Shown piece after piece: positions 54,233-64,000 of a DNA stretch of 64,000 bases (its first letter is position 1; every line of letters starts with the position of its first letter). Source of the stretch: Eledone cirrhosa (lineage: Eukaryota); assembly GCA_964016885.1 (NCBI GenBank), contig OZ024740.1, positions 387,252,001 through 387,316,000 of the forward strand. Reading direction: 5' to 3'. The notes under the pieces were generated by a model, which saw nothing but the letters and a program-made list of their open reading frames with translations, ran no database searches and was not told where the DNA came from. A program made the translations under genes and the position numbers.

Positions 54233-55654
54233 CTGTGAAAGAAATACAATGAAACTGTAATTTAATGATGATGTAATGGCTAATACCTGCACAGGTTTCA
54301 CCAGCCTCATATGAGGCTTCTGTGTGTTTAATGACAGGGGCCACAATCTTGTCATGTAACCCTTCTTTCGGTGACAGGAGGTGGGATTTAAACTCAGAAG
54401 GTACAAACCTAGAACAAATACAACAAAGCATCCCATCTGATGCTCTAATAATTCTGCTAGTTCATCATCCTTGTCTGAAAGAATGAAAGAGAAAGTTGAC
54501 CTTGGCAGGATTTGAACTCAGAGAGCAGAGAGCCAAAACAAATACCACAAGCCATTTAATCTGATGCCTTGACAACCCTGCTAATTCACTGGCTTGTATT
54601 TTACAATTTTCAAATGACTATTAACCTAATTAATCATGCTATTAAGTTGTTTAACAGCATCATTTGATCAACTTCCAGTCAATCACCTTTAAATGGAATG
54701 AACTCAGAACCTTTATTTCTAATGTATGGTTTTTAATACTCTGAATCCATCAGTCAGTGTCCTGTTAAAGTAAAAGGATACCTTAACCCTTTTGATAACA
54801 AACTATTTGAAACAACCCATGATTCTACAATATTAAGCTGTTTCTTAGAAAATGTAGAGATCTCTGGTGCAGAAAATAACTGTAAATACAGTTGACTGCT
54901 TTAAATAACAGCTTTGAAAATCAGGTAAAATACCTCTATAGACAAAAAAAAATGACCAGCAACTGCTACATAAAACCAAACTCTGTACCTCTCAAATTCC
55001 AGCAGAGTGCTCTTAACCATTGAGTTAAATGGCCCATGACAATAACTTCTGTTTAAATAAAAAGCTATACAAACAGCTATACGAAAAGCTATACGAACAG
55101 CATTTCAAAGGTAAACAAATAAAACATTGAGTAGATTGAAATTCTTAGAAAATGTAGTTACAGTTATTTTCTGTGTTTGAGATTTCTACATTTCCAAAGG
55201 ATTTCAATCTAGTCACAGCTCCGATAGTTTACCTTCAAAATTAAGCTGTTTATTTCATCTAAAAAATGTCCATTCTAATTCTATATTAGAACGTTTGTTA
55301 AGTTATGTCCCAAATACGAGCTATATAATGAGAAAGTTAGTTATATTATTATATCCCTCCACATTCTTGATTATTTAAAAAATGTTTTGAAAATCACAGA
55401 CAATAATTTTATTGGAAATATGGCAGTAAAAGAGTTAAGATAAGTGGAGATTTAACTGACTGACATTTAATGCAGGGTCAGTTTTGTAGAAAATTAAGAT
55501 TATAGTAATAACTCATCTGAAAAATATATATATATATGCACTATAAGTGACATAGCTGGAGTGTGAGCCACCCGGGGAAACCCTTCAGTTTGCTATCCCC
55601 AGGCCCCAACAAAAAATACATATTGCTCTTAATATATACATATAACTCTTAAAG

Positions 55655-56049
55655 TTCATTCATTTCATTTCATTTCATTTTACGTCCACTTTTCCCTGCT
55701 TGCAAGGGTGGGACGGGAACTGATTCTGGCTTGATTTCTACAGCTGGATGCCCTTCCTAACACCAACCTCATTTACAGTGAGTGGTGGGTGCTTTTTTGC
55801 CGTCGTGCCTACACGTCCACTTTACAGTGTGGGCTGGGTGCTTTTTTGCTGTGGCACCTCCACGATCACTTTGCAGTGGAATGATAAGGACCCCAGTTCC
55901 TATCATCTCATTTCTACAGCTGAGTAAACTGGAGCAATGTAAAATAAAGTGTCTTGCTCAAGGAAACAACACATCACCCGGTCTGAGAATTGAACTCACA
56001 ACCTTTCGATTGCAAGGCCAATGCTCTAACCACTAAGCCATGTGCCTCC
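55655..56049 (-). mobile_element. Same CORE-SINE family (partial relatives at 29975-30143 -, 26465-26600 +, 46620-46890 +)
   Basis: Reverse complement of the 17385 element with one extra internal repeat unit. Confidence 0.9.
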
Positions 56050-56069
56050 AAAGTTATATATATATTAAC

Positions 56070-56290
56070 TAAATGGGTGAAGAAGTCTCAAGAAATGCCA
56101 GTAGAAGGAAGACGCAGTAGAGGAAGACCACGAAAAAGATGGGCAGAGGTGGTGAGAGTAGACCTCAGATCACTGAAACTCACCGAGGAGATGACAAAGG
56201 ACCGTCACAAGTGGAGAGATGCTGTGCTGAATAGGACCTGTCCCACCCTTGCAAGCAGGGAAAAGCGGACGTAAAATGATGATGATGATA
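56070..56290 (+). mobile_element. RTE LINE extreme 3' end
   Basis: VEGRRSRGRPRKRWAEVVRVDL...DRHKWR, then tail ggacgtaaaatgatgatg. Confidence 0.85.
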
Positions 56291-56734
56291 ACTAGTCTGT
56301 GTACAATTATAATATTATGCTGCAGCATTAAAAGAACACTTATAGCCTACAGCAGACTCAGAAGTACTGCTCCCATAAAAGTGTCGCTCAGGGTGGACCC
56401 CCCTCCTCCTCTAGCTACGCTACTGTTCACTATGTATGTAGAGTTAGAATACTATCCTGTAACCTATGGGAAAGGAGATGGGCACCACCGAGTATTTCTA
56501 AGACCTATTGAAATGCCATGATGTCAAACTTAAATGCTATGGTACCATTTATTATCTGAAATCTGTATGCTTTATGTTGTATATATAAGAGAAATGATCA
56601 AGAGCTAATCAGATAGCTAATTATATATTTTATTATAACAGTCACAGCATATAAACTTTACCTTTAATTTTTTTCATGATAGTCTTTTACAAAAAATAGA
56701 ACAAATAATTATATATGTGACCATATTGGATTAT

Positions 56735-57910
56735 ATAATAATAATAATAATGAAATTATTGTGTACAGTGCTCAGGTGCACTACAACTCATCAAAGGTGC
56801 ATGTATAGTACATAGAATAATATACAAATGTCAGGGAAGTGAATAGTGTAGGAGTCATGATATACATGTGTGCGTGTGTATGGAGGGGGAATATTAGGTG
56901 TAGTGTTGGCGAATCTCAGGAAGCATGGAGGTTTTAAAGGATGCAGTGTCTCGACTGCTAATAACTGATGCAGGTAGTTTGTTCCATGCTTCAGCAACTC
57001 TGAGCGTGAAAAAATGTTTCCGAAAGTCATGGGAACTGTGCTGATTTCTGACTTTGTGGTCATGCTCATGTGTGTTAGACACATGGAAATCAAAAAGGTA
57101 CTCAGGGTTGTTGTTGGCAAGATGGTTAATAATTTTGTGGGTGTTTACCAAGTCAGTTGCCAGGCGTCGGAGCTTCAATGTATCCATGCCCAGGGAAGCA
57201 AGGCGTTCAGAGTATGGTAGATGCTTGACGGAGGGTTTCACTTGGTTGCACGTCTCTGAACAGTTTCCAGGCGGTCAATGTTCTGAGCAAGATAGGGGTT
57301 CCAGACTGGTGATGCAAATTCTAAGTGTGGCCGCACCATAGCTATATACAGCTTTAAATAGATAGCTGGAGAGCTGCTGACAAAGGTCTTGCTGAGTGAT
57401 GCCAAGATACACTCGGCCTTTTTGAGAATTTTAGAGATGTGCTTTGTCCAACACAAATCGAAGCTGACCGTAATGCCCAGGTCACGTTCACAAGAAGACT
57501 TCTTGATATTAGTGTTGTGGACGCTGGGTTTTTACTCCAAAAATGCATGGTGGTACACATGTCCACAGCCAACTTGAGTTGCCAGTCTGTGAACCGTTGC
57601 TGCATTGTGTCCAGGTCTGATTGCAGGAAAGATCTATAGTGTACAGGATCTGTCCTTTTTATCTCAAGGTACAGCTTGATGTCATCTGCATATTTGAGTA
57701 CTGTGGCATTCTTTAAGTTGGCATCTATGTCATTAATATATGCCACAAACAAAAGGGGTCAAGAACCCTGTGGTATACCAGATGACATCTTATATGGTAA
57801 GGAATGCTGTCCTAGAACCATGACTACCTCTCTTCGACTCAGAATGAAGGACTTCAACCAGTTAAAAAGATCATTCTGACACCCATTGCAGAGAGTTTTG
57901 CCATAAGTCT
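56735..57910 (-). mobile_element. 5'-truncated CR1-type LINE (RT), frameshifted
   Basis: SGIPQGS, KYADDIKLY, MVRPHLEFASPVWNP, VQRRATK, FFTLRVAEAWNKLP; (ATT)n tail. Confidence 0.93.
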
Positions 57911-57986
57911 TCTGTTATGATAAGATTCTGTTATGATATTTGTTTATATTACAAAGCTAAGATAGAAATTACAAACCAAAGCTTAC

Positions 57987-58108
57987 CCAAAATAGTAAAA
58001 ACTAGTTGCTCACAAATCTCTTTGACCTCATATAGATTATATACAATTTTATTACTGAAGCCGATAACAATATCATCATTAGGATTCCAGCATTCACTTG
58101 CAGATAAT
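57987..58108 (-). CDS. Ankyrin/SOCS-like protein exon
   Basis: ttccag|LSASECWNPNDDIVIGFSNKIVYNLYEVKEICEQLVFTIL|gtaagc; joins the next exon as FTILATGGEPNIKD (ankyrin pattern). Confidence 0.8.
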
Positions 58109-58169
58109 CTGGAAATAAAATAAATATGAAGATTTCTTTGAAAAACTGGATCAAAAGAAATATTATATA

Positions 58170-58323
58170 ACTCATTATTATAATAATAATAAAATTATTG
58201 TGTACAGTGCTCAGGTGCACTACAACTCATCAAAGGTGCATGTATAGTACATAGAATAATGTACAAATGTCAGGAAAGCAAACAGTATATGAGTCATGAT
58301 ATACACACAGACACACACACATG

Positions 58324-58418
<95 letters not shown>

Positions 58419-58535
58419 GGAGAATATCAGGTGTAGTGTTGGCGCATCTCAGGAAGCATGGACATTTTAAAGGATGCAGTATCCCGACAGCTAACAACTG
58501 ATGCAGGTAGTTTGTTCCATGCTTCAGCAACTCAA
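58170..58535 (-). mobile_element. CR1 3'-end fragment with expanded (GT)n; another copy at 25533-25775 (+)
   Basis: Matches 56740-57000. Confidence 0.88.
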
Positions 58536-59471
58536 GGAACAATAACATACTATTTGTATATCAGGAGTTCTAAAACTCTATGTGCAATAGGACAAAATTA
58601 AACAATATTTTATAAAACGAAACTGTTCTGAGTTTAAATGATAGCAGATTATGTCTATAAACAATACAGAAATGGTGTCAAATATTTTGAAATGGGTCAA
58701 TTGGATGACATCATTTTGGCACTACCCATACAGCCCGGCTGCTTGGGTGTCATAATCAGTTTTGGTGATGATATTTTTGATGACAGACAATTTAGTACTA
58801 AAGGCAGACTAACACACACACACACACACATACACACACACATACATACACACACACAAATAAACTTATACAGAAAAAAAGAGAAGAGAGAGAGAAATAT
58901 TAAAATGTTACATATAAAGAAAAACATACAAATACAGAGAGGCAAAGAGAGGGATTAAAAAACCACACAATGGCAGAGAGAGAGGTAGAGCAGGAGGGGG
59001 GGGGGGGGGGGCTGGCAGTTGAAGTAGTTTAGTAGCAATAAGTAGTAGAAGTTAGTTATGTAGAATAATAGCAAAATATAAATTTATCTTGTGTTGTCAG
59101 TTATGGATTCAATGATTTGTTCAATTAGTTGATTACTTATAAGGAGTTACCCCATTCTACATAACTCAACTGACACTCAATACATCCATGTATCTGTCAT
59201 TCTCCCGGATAAAAGTGTTTTTGCAGACTTAATATAAGGGGAGGGGGACACTATAATATTGTAAGTGCTTAGTACCTCAAAAGGACTTAAACCAGCCATA
59301 ACTATAGATATATTGATAAAGAAATAAGGAGATTCACATATATAGGAATGGAAGTTAATTTTTATATGTGAAAGGTCATACTACAAACCTGATTACACAC
59401 ACAATAATACACAAACCCCCAAAGTATATATTAACTGCATGCATACATTAAAAAACAAGATATGCAACTAC

Positions 59472-59578
59472 CTTCCAGACTTTGACCATTCCAAATATCT
59501 GGTAACAATATTATAAAAATCAACGATTAACTCAATCGGAGATTTTCCTGGGCCAATGAATTCAGAACCATTTGTCAC
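59472..59578 (-). CDS. Ankyrin-repeat / SOCS-box-like protein, first exon found in window
   Basis: ttctag|VTNGSEFIGPGKSPIELIVDFYNIVTRYLEWSKSG|gtagtt; only one frame open; phase 2 fits next exon. Confidence 0.7.
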
Positions 59579-59689
59579 CTAGAAAAAACAAAACAAACAA
59601 ACAAGATATATGAAAGCATATACAATATGTTTATGTATAATAAATGTACAAGAGTTTCATTATGAATGTTTTAACCATTTAACATAAAC

Positions 59690-60045
59690 ATACACCCCAA
59701 CCCACTACCCCACTCCATCCTCCCACTCCCGCCAACACCACCCTTTCTCTATAAAGTTATGTTGGTACTACAACATCCAGTCCAAACTAATGAGGTCATG
59801 TAGGTGTCACGACAAAAAACACACAGTCCACGATGTAATGTGGCCGTGTAGGTAACACGGTAAAAAGTTCCCAGTCCACACTGTAAATGTGGTTGGTGTT
59901 AAGAAGGGCATCCAGCTGTAGAAAACCTGCCAGACAGTCCTATAGGAGCGAGACATGGTCACCCGACCAATCTTGCCTCAAGTGGGACAACTCCCGTCTA
60001 ACCCATTCTAGCGTGGAAGATAGACGTTAAACGACAATGATGATT
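59690..60045 (+). mobile_element. RTE 3'-UTR-derived repeat (others at 63200-63510 +, 22985-23187 +, 31855-32100 -, 22250-22405 -)
   Basis: Near-identical to 14400-14740 and 13480-13780 (aaaagcacccagc..cactgtaaa repeats, aagggcatccagctgtagaa). Confidence 0.85.
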
Positions 60046-61314
60046 ACTCTATATATCCTATTTTTCACGGTAAAGGCTTTATTTCACATAATTATCTCAC
60101 ATATTGAATCTATGAGATTTTGATATTATTTATTTTGAGAACAATACCTTAACGTTGGTACGATATACAGGACTAGTTATAGCCTCGTTGAACAGAAAGA
60201 GGTGAGAGAATTCTGGCTGGATATGGCCGGTTAAAGAGTTAAGCTGTGATCATGTCACAGCTATCTCAATAACTAGTGAGAATGCCAGACAGCTGTTTCT
60301 GGATTTTTATCATTCATTGGTGACATTTACTCACTATATATATACTGTCAATGATCAAAAACTTCTGGAACATTCTTCATGTATACAAAGGATGTGTATT
60401 GTTTTTCATGTGCCAAGTGACAGGTTAAAATGTATTCAACAAGAGAGTGTGAACTTTAAATTTGACTATATGTATTGTTTGGAGCTATATATATAGTTAT
60501 ATGAGGGTATCCTTTGAGTATCTTAACATGGGTTGAGCCCATTTCACAAATACTCCACAGTCATAAGAAGAATGAATTTTACCAAACTGAATTTCTCTTG
60601 ACACATACTACATGAAGTAACATCATCATCATCATCATCATTTAACATGTTTTCTATTCTGGTAATGTGTATCATCATGCATTTGCATAAATCTATAAAC
60701 CTCTTTTGAACAGCATTTGAAATATTAAGAAACAAATATACTGGTAAACTTAAAGAATAGATGATCTAAACAAAAGAAATGCTTGGAAAGAGTGTTTCTG
60801 ACTCAATATTTATAAATAGTTTTTAAAAAAGATAGAGTGAATAGAAATTCTATAAAAATGTAAAAGTAGGACATTACCCACACCAGCACACCCATTACAC
60901 TCAATATCAAATATTTTTGTCAAGTGATTCAGGCAAACAACTCGTCTGAGCACTCAGTAAAGTGTGGGAACATATCTAATTGAGATGTAGGCTCTCCTTC
61001 CCCACCGGGCCTATCTGATGACCTTTCTACCCCTTGTTAGCATGAAAAATAGATATTAAATGATTCTTCACCTGGACTTCCTCTTTCCCCAGAATTCCTC
61101 TCACTATTTCCCATGTATGCATCAAATGACTAGCTTATAACAATATACCATATAAGCTCATGCTAGCGTCCACCTTCTTTTTACTGTGCTCAAATCTATT
61201 CATTAGGCACCTATTGGCATCTATCATACAGCCCATTTCCATAAAATATAAAAAATGTTAAATATTGCATAATATAATTTAAATCAGACATGTCAAACTG
61301 AGGGTCCCCTGAGA

Positions 61315-61752
61315 GCCACATGGGTCACATGTGTTGTCTAAGGACAACATGGGTCACATGTGTTGTCTGAGGGCCACATGGGTTACATGTGTTGTCTGAG
61401 GGCCACATATGTGTTGTCTGAGGGCCACATGGGTCACATATGTGTTGTCTGAGGACCACATGGGTCACATGTGTTGTCTGAGGACCACATGGGTCACATA
61501 TGTGTTGTCTGAGGGCCACATGGGTCACATATGTGTTGTCTGAGGACCACATGGGTCACGTGTTGTCTGAAGGCCACATAGGTCACATATGTGTTGTCTG
61601 AGGGCCACATGGGTCACATATGTGTTGTCTGAGGACCACATAGGTCACGTGTTGTCTGAGGACCACATAGGTCACATGTGTTGTCTGAGGGCCACATGGG
61701 TCACATATGTGTTGTCTGAGGGCCACATGGGTCACGTGTTGTCTGAGGACCA
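61315..61752. repeat. ~28-32 bp minisatellite (ccacatgggtcaca(ta)tgtgttgtctgagg)n, about 15 units
   Basis: Direct tandem repeats visible. Confidence 0.95.
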
Positions 61753-61843
61753 CACACAACAACTAATTGAACACATTACAACACATTTTTTTAAATTTTA
61801 TATACAAAGATAAAACATGCTCGCGCTGTAAAAACCTTTGTGC

Positions 61844-61917
61844 GGGCTGCAGGTGTGCTTGTAAAGGGCCGCAGGTGTGCTTGTAAAGGGCCGCAGGTGT
61901 GCTTGTAAAGGGCCGCA
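61844..61917. repeat. 22-bp tandem repeat gggccgcaggtgtgcttgtaaa x3
   Basis: Direct. Confidence 0.95.
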
Positions 61918-61999
61918 TGTTTGTCATGCCTGGTTTAAAATATTTATTTAGAATATCTAAATACAGAAAGTAATAAAAAAAAACTATAGCACCACCTTA

Positions 62000-63190
62000 C
62001 AGTGTGGGCTGGGGGAGGTGCTGGGAGTTGGAGAGGTAGATCTAGGGTGGGGCAATTACCAGGTAAGGGGTAGATTGAGGGAGGAGTGTTAGGATATGGG
62101 AGGTGTATAGAAGGGGGATGGAGGTGAAGGTGGTGCATACTAGATGTATGCTTCAACCTGTGCACATGGGAAGGGGGTTCTTTTGTATTACTGCATAATG
62201 CCAGAGATCTCGATCTTGTCATTGCCTTTGAGAGGTCAGTTTTATCACCTCATCCCAGGTCTTCTTAGGTCTTCCTACTCCATAGTTAGCATCAACTTTG
62301 AGCCCCCTGCACCTTTTTATACAGCTGTCTTCCAGCATATGCATCACATGTCCTTACCAATTCAATCTCCTCTCCTGCACACTGCATCTGATCCCTCTTA
62401 TACTCAGTTTACTGTTCATGTATATTACTATTATACATCCATTGAAGCATTTCTTACCAATCTTTGTCATTTTGAGGAAGAAAACTTTTGTAGCTAGCAG
62501 TGGCAGTAGCTCCCTGAACTTTTTCCAACCCATTTTTACTCTGGCTTCCTGAACACCTACCTCCACTGTTAATTTGGTCACCCTGGAAGCAGTCAACTGC
62601 GTCTACAGAAACTTCCAAGAATGTGATAGCACTTGTTCCCTGTGAGTGTTTGTTACTTACTGCTCCTATGCAATGGCCACAAGTAAAACCTACTTTCTGA
62701 GCTAACCTACCTGAGATCCCACTACATCTCTTGTGTACCCATAGCTTGCATTTGGGACAGAGGATGGAATATCTACCAACCCCTTTCCTACACACTGAGC
62801 AGGGCCATTTTCCAGAAGGGATCAGGACCTTGTTTTCTTTACTACTCACAATAGAACTTTGGTCTTTGCCAAGTGGACTTTAAGACCTTTTGATTCCAGG
62901 TTATACTTCCAAGTCAGTCATTTTTTCTCTAGTTTTATCATAGATTCAACTATGAGAAAGTTAGATCATCAGCATACACGAGTTCCTATGAGCATCCAGT
63001 TTTAAACTCTACTGTTACGGCCTGGAGGATGATAATAAACAGAGGAGGGCTAAGGGCAGAGCCTTGGTGGACCCCAACTTGCACACTAATCTCCCCGCTA
63101 TAGTCATCATTAACTTTAACCTTGCTAACAGCACCTCTGTACATGGCTTATACTGCTCTCACTAGCCACTCTTCTACTCCTAGTTTCCTT
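62000..63190 (-). mobile_element. RTE LINE fragment including RT core
   Basis: GVHQGSALSPLLF...YADDL, then the GKWPCSVCRKGVG finger and RRLNW; frameshifted. Confidence 0.92.
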
Positions 63191-63489
63191 AGTGACCAAA
63201 GGCGATGACACATGAAGAATATAGACAATATGCCCTCACCCCCTCGCACTGCAAATTGGTCATGGAGGTGTCACGACAAAAAAGCACCCAGTCCACACTG
63301 TAAAGTAGATGTGTAGGCACCACGGAAAAAAAGCACCCAGCACTCATTGTAAATGAGGTTGGTGTTAGGAAGGGCATCCAGCTGTAGAAATCAAGCTAGA
63401 ATCAGTTCCCATATGAGCAAGACAAGGTCAGCCGACCTTATATTGCACACAGGACAACCTGTCTAGCGTGGAAGAATCGACATAAAACA

Positions 63490-63521
63490 GTGATGATGAT
63501 GATGATGATACACACACACAC

Positions 63522-63600
<79 letters not shown>

Positions 63601-63842
63601 CATATATACATAGATACATCATCATCATCATCATTTCATTTTACATCCGCTTTTTTCCTGCTTGCAAGGGTGGAACAAATACATATATATATATACATAC
63701 ATACATATATGTACATACATACATACATATATGTACATACATACATATATGTACATACATACATATATGTACATACATACATACATACATATACATACAT
63801 ACATACATATATGTACATACATACATATACATACATACATAT
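63490..63842. repeat. (GAT)n, (TA)n and (TACA)n microsatellite cluster
   Basis: Direct. Confidence 0.95.
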
Positions 63843-64000
63843 GGTGGCTGCCAACTCGTTTTCGAGTACAGCCACTACTTTATATCCATGTAGGAGAACC
63901 CCTACCGAATCACTGAATGAGTGTGACTTTTTAGTCCAGCCAGCGACTTGAAAACTCTGGTACAAACACTACACTTGTGACAATTATTGACACATAGTGC

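Larger units (their letters stand above)
61285..61932. mobile_element. hAT (Charlie-like) MITE carrying internal minisatellites
   Basis: TIRs cagacatgtcaaac / gtttgtcatgcctg; imperfect 8-bp TSD atttaaat / gtttaaaa. Confidence 0.75.

Noticed and set aside
54233-54431. N-terminal part of the 182-aa ORF as coding sequence
   Set aside because: It lies upstream of the acceptor at 54233 and overlaps SINE-derived intron sequence.
58008-58014. Alternative donor (GTGAGC) for the ankyrin exon ending at 58014
   Set aside because: The donor at 57986 is stronger (GTAAGC) and restores the ankyrin helix FTILATGG.
60544-60735. 63-aa minus ORF as an upstream ankyrin-gene exon
   Set aside because: No good splice sites were found; it includes a (GAT)n retroposon tail.
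61315-61752. CRISPR-like ~30-bp repeat array
   Set aside because: Units are contiguous with no unique spacers, there are no cas genes, and the context is eukaryotic; it is a minisatellite.

Overview
Eukaryotic, AT-rich, microsatellite- and SINE-laden genomic DNA. The repeat inventory (CORE-type tRNA SINEs, RTE LINEs with (ATG)n tails, TA/CA microsatellites) suggests an octopus or other cephalopod; this is inference. Two convergent intron-rich genes were assembled by hand from splice sites. (1) On the + strand, a TADA2B/Ada2b gene (ZZ finger, SANT, Ada boxes; 13 confident coding exons 1490-31131 plus ambiguous 3' exons to about 35017, GC-AG first intron, no recognisable SWIRM domain). (2) On the - strand, the 3' part of an ankyrin-repeat protein with a SOCS-box-like C-terminus (6 exons, 59578 to 46056; its 5' end was not found). 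The most striking non-genic signal is an ~1.5-2 kb decayed endogenous viral element at about 36.1-37.6 kb (- strand). It encodes collinear motifs of a Mononegavirales/Jingchuvirales-type L (RdRp) protein, lies just downstream of and antisense to TADA2B, and is essentially invisible in the ORF track. Also present: RTE LINEs with a PHD-like finger inside the RT, a CR1-type LINE, a HERO/R2-group RLE relic, an internally deleted mariner, TTAA MITEs, a hAT MITE with a minisatellite, non-autonomous Helitrons, a Penelope-like relic with a degenerate hammerhead, and an orphan CpG/CCAAT island at 42.7 kb. All homology calls come from motif recognition by eye; no database searches were run.
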